From the NCBI GenBank assembly GCA_001464965.1, contig LNEJ01000031.1, positions 44,215 through 108,214 on the forward strand: a stretch of 64,000 nucleotides of DNA, written 5' to 3'. Below the pieces are notes generated by a model. It saw nothing but the letters and a program-made list of their open reading frames with translations. It was not told where the DNA came from and searched no databases. How positions within the stretch are numbered: position 1 is the stretch's first letter; each line of letters opens with the position of its first letter. The translations under genes and the position numbers were made by a program. The stretch comes from Gammaproteobacteria bacterium Ga0074134 (lineage in GTDB: Bacteria; Pseudomonadota; Gammaproteobacteria; Ga0077554; Ga007554). This document shows positions 39,044-52,281 of this stretch, in pieces.

Positions 39044-39280
39044 TTATGCCTTTTCGCCGCGGCTGCGCATTTCGGCCAGCACGGCGTCGATGCCAACCTT
39101 ATCAATCATGCGCATGCCCTGTGTGGAAAGGCGCAGACGTACCCATCGCTTCTGGCTCTCCACCCAGAAACGATGGACGTGCAGATTAGGCAGAAAACGG
39201 CGCCGTGTTCTGTTGTTGGCATGGGAAACATTGTTTCCGGTTATCGGGCGCTTACCCGTGACTTGACATACTCTGGACAT
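39044..39280 (-). CDS. rpmB: 50S ribosomal protein L28
   Basis: [33 protein letters not shown]. The start was moved to the ATG at 39280. Confidence 0.93.
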   Translation of the reverse strand: MSRVCQVTGKRPITGNNVSHANNRTRRRFLPNLHVHRFWVESQKRWVRLRLSTQGMRMIDKVGIDAVLAEMRSRGEKA

Positions 39281-39393
39281 GCTAAATCTCCAAACGACGA
39301 ATTCGGTGCTGTCGGCCATTAGGCCGGGCGAAACCATAATTTATAACAAATTCCGGCGCGATGCGCAAGAAAAAACCGATCCCACTTGAGGTT

Positions 39394-40071
39394 CTAAAGC
39401 AACCCACGTTCCGCCAATGATACCACATCTTCGCCATCGCCGATAATCAGATGATCGAGAACGCGGATATCGACCAGCGCCAGGGCGTCTTTCAGGCGCC
39501 GGGTCAGCGTTTCGTCGGCGCGGCTGGGTTCGGCGACGCCGGAGGGGTGGTTGTGGGCGAAGATCACCGCCGCCGCGTTGTGCGCCAGCGCGCGTTTCAC
39601 TACTTCGCGCGGGTGGACGCTGGCTCCATCGATGGTGCCGGTGAACATCTCGTCGAAGCGGATCACCCGGTGGCGGTTGTCGAGAAACAGGCAGGCGAAC
39701 ACCTCGTGCGGGTAGTCACGCAGGCGCGCCGTGAGGAAGCGGCGGGTGTCGCTGGGATTGCTCAGTGCGTCGCCGCGCTCCAGTGTCTCGCGCAGGTGGC
39801 GGCGGCTCATTTCCAGCACCGCCTGAAGCTGGACGTATTTGGCCAGCCCCAGCCCGTGGCCGCGGCAAAACTGTTTTTGACTGGCCTCCAGCAGGGCGCG
39901 CAGCCCGCCGTATTCATTCAGCAGGTCGCGCGCCAGATCAACGGCGCTTTTGCCGGGTACGCCGGTGCGCAAAAAAATTGCCAGTAATTCGGCGTCAGAT
40001 AGCGCGCCGGGGCCGCGCAACAGCAGCTTTTCGCGGGGACGCTCGTGTTCAGGCCAGTCGGTGATGGGCAT
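39394..40071 (-). CDS. radC: RadC family (JAB/MPN domain) protein
   Basis: N-terminal HhH region (RPREKLL..G...LSDAELLAI) and JAMM motif HNHPSG. Confidence 0.9.
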   Translation of the reverse strand: MPITDWPEHERPREKLLLRGPGALSDAELLAIFLRTGVPGKSAVDLARDLLNEYGGLRALLEASQKQFCRGHGLGLAKYVQLQAVLEMSRRHLRETLERGDALSNPSDTRRFLTARLRDYPHEVFACLFLDNRHRVIRFDEMFTGTIDGASVHPREVVKRALAHNAAAVIFAHNHPSGVAEPSRADETLTRRLKDALALVDIRVLDHLIIGDGEDVVSLAERGLL

Positions 40072-40180
40072 GGCGTACTCTTGTTAAATGGGAATGCGCC
40101 CGTAACGGGCACAATGTCACAAACAGTATCGGAATTTAGGTTAAAATCTGAATCATGTTCTACCTATTCGACTCTCCGGC

Positions 40181-41428
40181 ATGAAACAACTGGAAAATAA
40201 ACGCATCCTGCTTGGTGTTACGGGCGGTATCGCGGCCTACAAGAGTGCCGATCTGACGCGCCGCCTGCGTGACGCCGGGGCTGAGGTGCGGGTGGTGATG
40301 ACACGCGCTGCGACGGAGTTCATCACACCACTCACTATGCAGGCGCTGTCCGGCAATCCCGTTCATCTGCATCTGCTTGATCCGCAGGCCGAGGCGGCCA
40401 TGGGGCACATTGAGCTGGCGCGCTGGGCGGATGGGGTGCTGGTGGCTCCGGCGAGCGCAAATTTCATGGCAAAGCTGGCGCATGGACTGGCCGGCGACCT
40501 GCTCAGTACGCTGTGCCTGGCCTGTGATGCGCCGCTCGCGCTAGCGCCCGCGATGAACCGGCTGATGTGGGCGAATCCGGCGACGCAGCACAACCGCCAG
40601 CTTCTTGAACAACGAGGCGTGCAGTTATTCGGCCCCGCCGTGGGCGAGCAGGCGTGCGGCGAGGTGGGCGAGGGGCGGATGGTGGAGCCGCAGCAGTTGG
40701 TGGAGATGACGGCAGGGTTGTTCGCCACAGGAAGTTTGAGCGGCCTCAAGGTGGTTGTGAACGCCGGGCCGACGCGTGAGGCGATTGATCCGGTGCGTTT
40801 CATCAGTAATCGCAGCTCGGGAAAGATGGGTTACGCCATCGCCGCCGCCGCCGCAGAGGCGGGTGCCACCGTCACCTTGGTCAGCGGACCGGTGGCGCTG
40901 CCTGCGCCGCCGCGTGTAGCGCGTATTGACGTGGAAAGCGCTGCGCAGATGTATGAAGCGGTGCTGGCGAATATGCCGGGTTGTGATATTTTTATCGGCG
41001 CGGCGGCGGTGGCCGATTACCGCCCGCAGCAGCCAGCCCAGCACAAGATTAAAAAGACGCAGGCAGAGCTGAGTTTGGCGCTGGAGCGTACTCCTGACAT
41101 TCTCGCCAGCGTCGCAGCATTGCCCAATGCGCCGTTTACGGTGGGTTTCGCTGCCGAGACCGAGGATCTGGAGTCGCATGCCCGGGCCAAGCTCGTTGCC
41201 AAGGCGCTGGATATGGTTGCGGCCAACCAGGTAGGGCAGGGCATGGGTTTTGATAGCGATGAGAATGCGTTGACGCTGTTTTGGCCGCTCCCGGCATCCC
41301 AGCGTTCGAACATCTCTGTCCATCAGCAGGGCGGCAGCATGGAGTTGCCGCACGCCGCCAAGGACAAACTGGCGCGCGATCTGATTTCTGTAATCTCTGA
41401 GAGATATCATGCACAAGATAAAGCTTAA
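40181..41428 (+). CDS. coaBC: bifunctional phosphopantothenoylcysteine decarboxylase/synthetase
   Basis: Flavoprotein N-domain ([13 protein letters not shown]) and the CoaB domain string [12 protein letters not shown]. Confidence 0.93.
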   Translation: MKQLENKRILLGVTGGIAAYKSADLTRRLRDAGAEVRVVMTRAATEFITPLTMQALSGNPVHLHLLDPQAEAAMGHIELARWADGVLVAPASANFMAKLAHGLAGDLLSTLCLACDAPLALAPAMNRLMWANPATQHNRQLLEQRGVQLFGPAVGEQACGEVGEGRMVEPQQLVEMTAGLFATGSLSGLKVVVNAGPTREAIDPVRFISNRSSGKMGYAIAAAAAEAGATVTLVSGPVALPAPPRVARIDVESAAQMYEAVLANMPGCDIFIGAAAVADYRPQQPAQHKIKKTQAELSLALERTPDILASVAALPNAPFTVGFAAETEDLESHARAKLVAKALDMVAANQVGQGMGFDSDENALTLFWPLPASQRSNISVHQQGGSMELPHAAKDKLARDLISVISERYHAQDKA

Positions 41429-41864
41429 AATCTTCGATCCGCGCATCGGCAATGAATTTCCTTTGCCGCATTACGCCACGCATGGCGCAGCGGGCATGGA
41501 TCTTCGCGCCTGTCTGGATAGTGTGCTGGAGATACATCCCGGCGAGACCCATTTGATCCCAGCCGGGCTGGCGATCCATATTGATGATCCATCATTGGCC
41601 GCCGTGCTGTTGCCACGCTCCGGTCTGGGGCATAAGCACGGCATTGTGCTGGGCAACCTGGTGGGGCTGGTTGACTCGGACTACCAGGGGCAGGTGTTTG
41701 TCTCGTGCTGGAACCGCGGCAGCCAGCCCTTCCGCATCGAGCCGGGGGAGCGCATCGCGCAAATGGTGTTCGTGCCTGTAGTACAGGCTGCTTTCGAGAT
41801 CGTCGATGATTTTGCGGAGAGTGCGCGTGGTGAAGGCGGATTTGGCCACTCGGGGCGTCATTAG
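41409..41864 (+). CDS. dut: dUTP diphosphatase
   Basis: [29 protein letters not shown] and the C-terminal [10 protein letters not shown]. Confidence 0.95.
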   Translation: MHKIKLKIFDPRIGNEFPLPHYATHGAAGMDLRACLDSVLEIHPGETHLIPAGLAIHIDDPSLAAVLLPRSGLGHKHGIVLGNLVGLVDSDYQGQVFVSCWNRGSQPFRIEPGERIAQMVFVPVVQAAFEIVDDFAESARGEGGFGHSGRH

Positions 41865-41916
41865 CCATTACCTTGAAATAGTGAAGTATGAAAACTCTCA
41901 ACGTTAATCATCCCTG

Positions 41917-45343
<3,427 letters not shown>

Positions 45344-45376
45344 GGGTGTGGCAAATACGGCCACACGGCCGGCTTG

Positions 45377-46030
45377 CTACTCGCGGGTGTTTACCCCATA
45401 GCGCGCCCGATAGGCGCGGATGTTCTCCAGCGCGTCTGTCATCGCCGGTTGTGCGGACAGGTATTCAATCAAATTGCCCAGATTGACAATGCTTGCCACC
45501 TTGATCCCATGCGCCTCTTCAACTTCCTGGATCGCGGATAACGCGCCCGCGCCGCGCTCTTGTCTGTCCAGCGCAATAACAACACCCGCCGGAATTGCCC
45601 GTGCCGCCTTAATGATTACAATTGATTCGCGCACCGACGTACCCGCCGAAATCACGTCATCGATAATCATAACCTGCCCCGTCAGTTTCGCCCCCACCGT
45701 TGTGCCGCCCTCTCCATGGTCCTTGGCCTCCTTGCGGTTGAAGGCATAAGGAATATCGCGCTGATGATGATCGGCGAGCGCAATCGACGTGGCCACCGCC
45801 AGCGGTATGCCCTTATAGGCCGGGCCGAACAGCATGTCATAGTTTACGCCTGAGTTTTCCAGTGCAGCAGCATAATAGCGCCCCAATCGCGCAATGCTGC
45901 CGCCGGTATTGAACAGGCCGCTGTTAAAAAAATAGGGGCTGACACGCCCGGATTTCAGGGTGAATTCCCCAAAACGCAGCACACCTGTAGCAATCACAAA
46001 ATCAAGGAATTCGCGCTGATAATTTTGCAT
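45377..46030 (-). CDS. pyrE: orotate phosphoribosyltransferase
   Basis: [17 protein letters not shown] and the PRPP loop [13 protein letters not shown]. Confidence 0.95.
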   Translation of the reverse strand: MQNYQREFLDFVIATGVLRFGEFTLKSGRVSPYFFNSGLFNTGGSIARLGRYYAAALENSGVNYDMLFGPAYKGIPLAVATSIALADHHQRDIPYAFNRKEAKDHGEGGTTVGAKLTGQVMIIDDVISAGTSVRESIVIIKAARAIPAGVVIALDRQERGAGALSAIQEVEEAHGIKVASIVNLGNLIEYLSAQPAMTDALENIRAYRARYGVNTRE

Positions 46031-46054
46031 GGAGGTTTGCCCGTGATTAAATTT

Positions 46055-46196
46055 AGGGTGCCTCTATAAATTCGATCAAGGCGCGATGGCAAGGCGGAAA
46101 TGCGCGAAAAAGCGGAGTGTACACGTAGTACATGAGCATTTTGAGCGCATTTCCAACGCCGCCATCGCGGCTTCAGCAAATTTATAGAGGCGCCCT
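46055..46196. repeat. nested imperfect palindrome, element B3
   Basis: Outer arms AGGGTGCCTCTATAAATT / AATTTATAGAGGCGCCCT. Middle arms CGCGATG / CATCGCG. Inner arms GGAAATGCG / CGCATTTCC. Tip hairpin TGTAC-ACGTA-GTACA. Core at 46105-46145. Confidence 0.7.
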
Positions 46197-46236
46197 TTAG
46201 GCTATTATACCGGCCTCGCCGTACAATGGAAAACAC

Positions 46237-47004
46237 ATGAAAATAATCGCACTTAATGCCAACGGCATCCGCTCTGCTGCCAGTAAGGGATTCTTTGAGT
46301 GGATGTTAAAGCAGGACGCCGACGTCGTGTGCCTGCAGGAAACCAAGGCGCAGGAACATCAACTTCCCCCTGAGATCTATCACCCGTCAGGCTACCACGC
46401 CTATTTTCATTCTGCCGAAAAGAAAGGTTATAGCGGCGTGGCGCTGTATTGTAAAAAGAAGCCGGATCGTGTGGTGATGGGCCTGGGCTGGCAGGATATT
46501 GATGCGGAGGGGCGCTTTATTCAGGCCGATTTCGGCAGTCTTAGCGTTATCTCCTTGTATATGCCCTCAGGCAGCAGTGGCGAGCAGCGCCAAGCGGTAA
46601 AGTTCGACCTAATGGAGCGCATCAAGCCCGTTCTCAGGCAGTTCCAGGAAGATCAGCGCGAATACATCATCTGTGGCGACTGGAACATTGCCCATAAACA
46701 GATTGACCTCAAAAACTGGCGCGGCAACCAGAAAAATTCCGGATTTCTGCCAGAAGAGCGCGCCTGGATGGACGAGCTATTCGGCCCGCTGGGATTTGTG
46801 GACGCCTATCGCGTCGTCAACCAGGAGGCGGATCAATATACCTGGTGGTCGAACCGCGGTCAGGCATGGGCCAAAAACGTGGGATGGCGCATCGACTATC
46901 AAGTGACTACGCGGGGCCTGAAAGATAAAATCAAAGAAGCATCAATTTACAAAGAGCAACGCTTCTCCGACCATGCCCCGTTAATCATCAAATACGATTT
47001 CTAA
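46237..47004 (+). CDS. xthA: exodeoxyribonuclease III
   Basis: NANGIRSA, VCLQETK, YTWWSNRG, and the terminal SDHAP of the EEP nuclease family. Confidence 0.93.
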   Translation: MKIIALNANGIRSAASKGFFEWMLKQDADVVCLQETKAQEHQLPPEIYHPSGYHAYFHSAEKKGYSGVALYCKKKPDRVVMGLGWQDIDAEGRFIQADFGSLSVISLYMPSGSSGEQRQAVKFDLMERIKPVLRQFQEDQREYIICGDWNIAHKQIDLKNWRGNQKNSGFLPEERAWMDELFGPLGFVDAYRVVNQEADQYTWWSNRGQAWAKNVGWRIDYQVTTRGLKDKIKEASIYKEQRFSDHAPLIIKYDF

Positions 47005-47390
47005 TCAGGGTGTTCGATGAATTCGCGGGTTGGCAAGTGCCCGCTGAATCCGTCAAGGCGCATATGTGGGAATACAAAGCAGTTGCGCGCCTACAAGCAA
47101 CGCGTGCGGGTGACGCAGAATGCTTGGCTCCCGATTGTTCGCGATGGCCGTCTAAAGGCATCCTGGATGACATGCAAACATAAATGCAAAACACGTCTTG
47201 ACGCCGGATACGGGCATGTGGCACGATCAGATATGGGATGCAGTTTATAAGGGATTAGCTTGACGGTCACCTTGCAATTTTTTTGTATTGGTGGTAATAG
47301 ATAGCAAATGGCATTCACCATGTGTCATTCCGGGTTTGCACGGGCAACCAGTACGTGCACAAGCAGCAGCAACCATAATGGGAGGGATAG

Positions 47391-47696
47391 ATGAATAATA
47401 AGCTGACTCTGGGGAAAATATTTTTTCCCGCTTTTATCGGTGGGGTGACCACCGGCATGGGTAATGGAAGTGTGTTCGGCGCCGCAGTAATGTGCGCCGT
47501 AGGGCGTGGCCCCTACGAAAGCTGGGGCGGCTGGGGTATGGATGCTTATAATCCAGCGACGTTCTCTGGGTTCGTGGATTGGATGATGTTCGTCTTCGGG
47601 GCAGCATTCTTCATTATCATGGTAATGGCGATGGTCAGACACGGCGCTCTTGAAGCTGCGGCGATTGCCAAAGGTGAAAAGCCAGCCTATTTCTAA
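47391..47696 (+). CDS. small two-TM membrane protein, first gene of the oxidase block
   Basis: 101 aa. GGGAGGG RBS, two hydrophobic segments, ends in four consecutive in-frame stops. No family recognised. Confidence 0.55.
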   Translation: MNNKLTLGKIFFPAFIGGVTTGMGNGSVFGAAVMCAVGRGPYESWGGWGMDAYNPATFSGFVDWMMFVFGAAFFIIMVMAMVRHGALEAAAIAKGEKPAYF

Positions 47697-47943
47697 TAGT
47701 AATAGCCTGGACGGGGAATCATAGGTTTTTTTGCTGGTATTTTCTTGTCGGCAATTAGCCTCTTCAATTTTTCGAGTTCTTAAAGGGGGTTCACTATGTT
47801 GGCGACTTTCGCTGGTGGTTGCGGTATTTTGCTCGCGTTCTCGAGTATGTGGATGTCTTGGTATCTTCTGAATATGATGAAAGAGTAGTTTTTTTGTTTG
47901 GGCAGAATAAAGGTTAGTGTTACTACCTGGGAGGTGAGGGGTT

Positions 47944-49353
47944 ATGTTATTAAAATATTTGTCCGCAAAGAATGAGGATATCCCGCCAGGATCAGCGGCG
48001 ATATTTTTTGGGTTTTCCGCAATTTTCTGGTTTGTAGTAGGTACAGGGTTGGGTTCGTTCAATGCCGCGAAGCTTGCCTTCCCGGATTTTGTGACCGGCA
48101 CCGAACTATTCGCCTTTGGTCACATGAGGCAGGTACACGTTCTCGCAGTGATCGTCGGCTGGATTTCCATGGCGTTCGCCATGACCATGATGTACATGAC
48201 GCCTGCCCTGGGTAATACCCGGATGTGGTCGGAGAAGTTGGGTCTGTGGACGGCGCTCTTATGGAACGTTGGCCTTTCCTCTGCACTGATAAGCCTCTGG
48301 ATCGGCATTACCTCGGGTCGTGAGTATTCTGATTTTGCATGGCCGTTTGACCTGGTGATTCTGTTTGGTGTTATTACGCCGCTGTGCGTCAACGTCATCA
48401 TGACGATTGCTCACCGCCGCACGCAAGGTATCTATATCACCAACTGGTTTTTCGGTGCCTGTACCTTCATGGTCGGTATTGTATTGCTGGTAGGTAACTC
48501 CCCTGAGTATTTCCATCTCACCGGTTTGTCCGAGGCCTACCTGACATGGTGGAATGCCCATAATCTCCTGGGCCTCTGGATCACTCCCGTAGCAGCCGCG
48601 ATCGCGTACTATACGATCCCCAAACTGACGGGTAACCCGCTCTACTCGCATCGTATCGGCCATATGCATTTTTGGTCGATTGTTGTGTTTTATTCCACGC
48701 CGGCTTCGCACCACTTGATGTCCTCACCGTTGCCTGAGTGGCTGAAGTCCTTCGCTTCCGTGGAAGGCGTGTTGATTCTGATCCCCGCTGTTGCCTTTGT
48801 TGCCAATATCCTGTTGACCATGAAGGGCAAGTGGAGCATGTTCGTGGAGAACATCGAGATCAAGTTCTCCGTCACGGGTGTGTTTCTGGCGATTCCCCTG
48901 AACATGCAGGGCGGATTCCAGCAGACGCGTTCCATCAACTGGTTTATCCATGGTACGGGCTGGATCGTGGCGCATGCCCATTTGGCCTTGTTGGGAATGT
49001 CCACCTTCCTGGAGATCGCAGCGGTCTATTTTGGCCTGCAGCAGATGCTGAAGAGAAAGCTCTACTCCTTGGCACTGGCCAACTTCCACTACTGGTTCGT
49101 GCTGATCGGCTTCTGTACCTACTGGATATCCATGACCATTGCAGGCCTGATCCAGGGTGCCGGCAAGATCTATGAGGTGCCTTATATCGACGTCGTGATT
49201 GCAGAGCATCCTTACATGATCGCACGCTGGATTGGGGGCACCATGGTATTTACCGGTAATTTGGTCTGGCTATACAACATGTGGATGACCGCCCGTGTGG
49301 GTACGTTGGTTCCAGATGGCCGTTATGCTCATGAGCTGGCATACGAGCGTTAA
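47944..49353 (+). CDS. heme-copper oxidase subunit I, C-family (CcoN-like), divergent
   Basis: Low-spin heme His context GHMRQVHVLAV. CuB His in WWNAHNLLGLW (CcoN: WWYGHNAVGF). Tyr-X5-HH in FYSTPASHH (CcoN: YIWAGPHH). HxH in VAHAHLALLG. About 12 TM. GGAGGTGAGG RBS. Confidence 0.85.
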   Translation: MLLKYLSAKNEDIPPGSAAIFFGFSAIFWFVVGTGLGSFNAAKLAFPDFVTGTELFAFGHMRQVHVLAVIVGWISMAFAMTMMYMTPALGNTRMWSEKLGLWTALLWNVGLSSALISLWIGITSGREYSDFAWPFDLVILFGVITPLCVNVIMTIAHRRTQGIYITNWFFGACTFMVGIVLLVGNSPEYFHLTGLSEAYLTWWNAHNLLGLWITPVAAAIAYYTIPKLTGNPLYSHRIGHMHFWSIVVFYSTPASHHLMSSPLPEWLKSFASVEGVLILIPAVAFVANILLTMKGKWSMFVENIEIKFSVTGVFLAIPLNMQGGFQQTRSINWFIHGTGWIVAHAHLALLGMSTFLEIAAVYFGLQQMLKRKLYSLALANFHYWFVLIGFCTYWISMTIAGLIQGAGKIYEVPYIDVVIAEHPYMIARWIGGTMVFTGNLVWLYNMWMTARVGTLVPDGRYAHELAYER

Positions 49354-49446
49354 AAGAGACATCTGATATCGTGACATCCTAAAAACCCCCGGACACATCT
49401 GGTTGCCGGGGGATATAATGTGAACCAATAGTTGGGAGGGATAAAA

Positions 49447-50421
49447 ATGGCTTTTAAAGAGTATAGATTAGGTGCCGCAATGGTCGGGGGCGCGTTGGGG
49501 CTCTCGATGTGCATTACGATACTCATGCCTAGTTTTGATTTGAGATCTGCGGTGTCGACAAAAATGGCGCTGGAAAAGCAGTTGTCCGCGGGGTTTGATA
49601 TAGGTTTTGGCTATGCTGACCCACTTCTCCTGGGCATCAACCGACCTATTACAGTGGACTTGGAAACAGACCCTAAAACTGGCGCAAAACTTGACCCGCC
49701 TATCAGGGCGTATGTATACAAGCCAGGTGTTCCGATGCCGCCGAATATCCGGCACCCCCATGACTTGGGTAAGGGCGTTCAAGACCTGAGCGAAAGTCAG
49801 GGTCAGATTGGCGCTGTCAGCGGCTCGAACCATAGCAAAGGGAGCCAGGAAGGTGTGGTTTTCACGCTGGCGCTCGGAGAGTTCAATGGTGAAGAGCTGA
49901 CCTACATCGAGAACGCCTCGGTAACCAAGGGTTGGACGCCTGATGCTACGCTTGCTGCCGCCGGCGATAAGAACACTCATCACATTTCCAAAGGCAAGAC
50001 GGAGTTTGTGGTGCAGGGTTGCTGGTGGTGTCATACGCTCTTGCCTGAGCAGACCCAGGATTGGCAGGCTTTTGGCGCCCCTCCCTATCTGGGTGACTTC
50101 AATGGCGAAAACCCGACCGCATTCGGTTCTGACCGCAAAGCGCCGGATATTCTCCATGTCGCTTCCAGAAACTCGTCTCGTGAGTGGATGATGATGCACT
50201 TCTTTAATCCCAGATTGGTCCAGGTCAACTCCATCATGCCGCGTTTTGACTATCTGTGGGGTGATAAAGATGCGCAGGGTAACACCATTGACTACGATAA
50301 GTGGCGTGCCGAATATAAGGAGTACTCCGAAGGCAAGAGAACTTATCCGCCAGAGGTGCCCGATTACGCGCCCGATAGCGAAATTCGCGCTTTGATTGAC
50401 TGGGTTCTGAGTCTGAAGTAA
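49447..50421 (+). CDS. CcoO-like monoheme cytochrome c subunit with a large N-terminal insertion
   Basis: TM anchor, then heme site QGCWWCH at residues 192-196. Downstream strings parallel CcoO (GSDRKAPDILHV, REWMMMHFFNPRLVQVNSIMPRFDYLW). The start was moved to the ATG at 49447, which has GGGAGGG upstream. Confidence 0.8.
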   Translation: MAFKEYRLGAAMVGGALGLSMCITILMPSFDLRSAVSTKMALEKQLSAGFDIGFGYADPLLLGINRPITVDLETDPKTGAKLDPPIRAYVYKPGVPMPPNIRHPHDLGKGVQDLSESQGQIGAVSGSNHSKGSQEGVVFTLALGEFNGEELTYIENASVTKGWTPDATLAAAGDKNTHHISKGKTEFVVQGCWWCHTLLPEQTQDWQAFGAPPYLGDFNGENPTAFGSDRKAPDILHVASRNSSREWMMMHFFNPRLVQVNSIMPRFDYLWGDKDAQGNTIDYDKWRAEYKEYSEGKRTYPPEVPDYAPDSEIRALIDWVLSLK

Positions 50422-50447
50422 TCAATCATATATAAGAGGGGTATATT

Positions 50448-51077
50448 ATGGCCTGGAAAATGGATAACCCGCTGTACTCGCTTTCCGATGAGCAAGAACA
50501 GCAGCAAATATTAAAAATGTGGGGCGAGGAAAGGATGGGTGGATTGATACATCCGGCGAATAACCGCCTGCCCTTTCCGCTGACGTTCCTGATCGCGCTA
50601 ATCATTCTCACGGCATTCATGCTTACCATGCCGATATGGGGGCAAAGGCCGACGGCTGCGATTTATCAAACCCATGTGGAGTTGATGAATTCTCCTGAGG
50701 TGCAGAAATTGGCTACGCCCGAGGAGAAGATGAAGTTCATCAACAATGAAGCGTACAGCAAGGCTGACAATGCATTGAAAGGTCAGCTTGAGCGTCATCC
50801 CATCGACTGGTATGACTTGCAGAACTTGGCCCCGCACATCATTGAGCTACAGAAGCAAACCAAATACCCACTTGATAACTTCACAGTGTTAGGTGACAAG
50901 GTTGTTTTGGCGAACTTTGAGGGTAATTTCCGTGCGGATGGCGTTAGGGAGCGTAAGCAGCCGTGGTGGGACAAGGGGTATACCATTGACGTGTTCTACG
51001 TGGCCTACTACTGCTTGTGGATGTTCATCATGATCAAGCGCTTACCGCACTTCACCAAGAAGCCCGTTACCACTTGA
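50448..51077 (+). CDS. membrane protein of unknown function, in the position normally held by ccoQ/ccoP
   Basis: 209 aa with two TM segments (LTFLIALIILTAFMLTM; VFYVAYYCLWMFIMI). No CxxCH. No family recognised. Confidence 0.6.
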   Translation: MAWKMDNPLYSLSDEQEQQQILKMWGEERMGGLIHPANNRLPFPLTFLIALIILTAFMLTMPIWGQRPTAAIYQTHVELMNSPEVQKLATPEEKMKFINNEAYSKADNALKGQLERHPIDWYDLQNLAPHIIELQKQTKYPLDNFTVLGDKVVLANFEGNFRADGVRERKQPWWDKGYTIDVFYVAYYCLWMFIMIKRLPHFTKKPVTT

Positions 51078-51105
51078 TTTAATTAGCTTGAGGAGGACTT
51101 AAAAC

Positions 51106-51258
51106 ATGATCGATATCGACAATCTTTCTATTGTGGCGGCGGGGATAATTGCCTTTGTGTTTACGGCGCCGTATTTGTACAGCACGATCGTGGACAAATA
51201 CTGGCGGGAGCACAAGGAAGACAAGCAAATGGCAAAGGATGCCGAGGCATTCAAGTAA
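51106..51258 (+). CDS. 50-aa single-TM protein (not in ORF track)
   Basis: My translation is MIDIDNLSIVAAGIIAFVFTAPYLYSTIVDKYWREHKEDKQMAKDAEAFK. GAGGAGGA RBS 8 nt upstream. A terminator follows. Confidence 0.5.
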   Translation: MIDIDNLSIVAAGIIAFVFTAPYLYSTIVDKYWREHKEDKQMAKDAEAFK

Positions 51259-51302
51259 GCTTGATGCTTGTCTAGCCGGGTTAGTAAGGTAGTATTATCG
51301 TT

Positions 51303-51337
51303 AAGATGCCGCTCTGGTGAAGGGCGGCATCTTTTTT
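51303..51337 (+). terminator. rho-independent terminator closing the oxidase structural operon
   Basis: AAGATGCCGC / GCGGCATCTT stem followed by TTTTT. Confidence 0.7.
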
Positions 51338-51661
51338 ATTGGAGTTTTGTTTAAAGTGGCTGCGCGGGGTGGGGTGTTCGAGACTTAGTCAAGCCTAGAC
51401 TTTCCTTTGGGGTGTCTGAAATTGTTTGTTTTCAATGAGCTATTCTAGTGAAGGCTGCTAGGGCAATATACTGATATTTTGGGTAAGGCGGGTTCTGTTG
51501 AAAAGCCCTGAATAAGCGAACATTCATGTAAAACGCCTGTCCAACTTAGCGCGGGGATGCCGTGTATCAGGACATGGCCAGTCGGCGACTCCAATGACGG
51601 GCAAGCATATTGAACTGCTCATTCATTTTGCGGCGGCACGGTGTGTTAGGTAATCATCAAT

Positions 51662-52003
51662 ATGAGGAATGAGTCTCTGTCTCTCTTGTCAACTCTTCTT
51701 GCAAATACCCGGCTCGGGGAATATTCTGGAGCGATGCTCTTAAAGGTGCAAGAAAACACCAGTACCCTTTTTGGTCTTGATATGACTATTGAGGGATTAA
51801 ATAGCCATCGGTACAGCGTCGCCATTTTTGTTTTTTTGATCATGCAGGTTATATTGTTCGCCTTCATGATTTATATTTACATGAGGAAAAGCAGGCGCGC
51901 ATTAAAAACCGGTGAAAAGGTGATGTTCGGTGCTCTGATTATGGGCATTTTTATTGGGGTGGCTTTCGGCTGGACACAAATGATCGAGGGCTATCTCTTT
52001 TAG
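51662..52003 (+). CDS. hypothetical membrane protein (start uncertain)
   Basis: Two TM segments in the C-terminal two-thirds (VAIFVFLIMQVILFAFMIYIY; FGALIMGIFIGVAFGW). No obvious RBS at 51662. An internal ATG at 51782 is possible. Confidence 0.4.
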   Translation: MRNESLSLLSTLLANTRLGEYSGAMLLKVQENTSTLFGLDMTIEGLNSHRYSVAIFVFLIMQVILFAFMIYIYMRKSRRALKTGEKVMFGALIMGIFIGVAFGWTQMIEGYLF

Positions 52004-52012
52004 GAGTAAGAC

Positions 52013-52273
52013 ATGACTGAATATCTGCAATCTTTGCCCGATGGTTGGACTATATATGTTTGGCTGGTCGCTGCTGCGATGATCTTGATCGTGGCGGGCT
52101 ATTTTATGTGGTGGGCGGCCAAAAATGAGCAGTTTGATGAAGACATCAAATACGTTATCTTTGATGAGAAGGATAAACAGAAGATGTCACCCGAGGAGTT
52201 TGCTAAAAGCCAAGAGGTGATGAAGCACCAAATGCAGCGTCGGGAAGAAAACCTGGCCAAGAAAGATAAATAG
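52013..52273 (+). CDS. CcoS/FixS-like cbb3 oxidase maturation protein
   Basis: Single TM followed by FMWWAAKNEQFDEDIKYVIFDEKD, which parallels the CcoS pattern F-W-a-x-k-s-G-Q-f-d-D...iL-dD. AGGAG RBS. Confidence 0.6.
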   Translation: MTEYLQSLPDGWTIYVWLVAAAMILIVAGYFMWWAAKNEQFDEDIKYVIFDEKDKQKMSPEEFAKSQEVMKHQMQRREENLAKKDK

Positions 52274-52281
52274 GAATTTAA

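Noticed and set aside
51646-51867. ORF 51646..51867(-), antisense to the first gene of the accessory operon.
   Set aside because: It has no RBS and runs opposite to every neighbouring gene. The plus-strand frame encodes clear TM helices.
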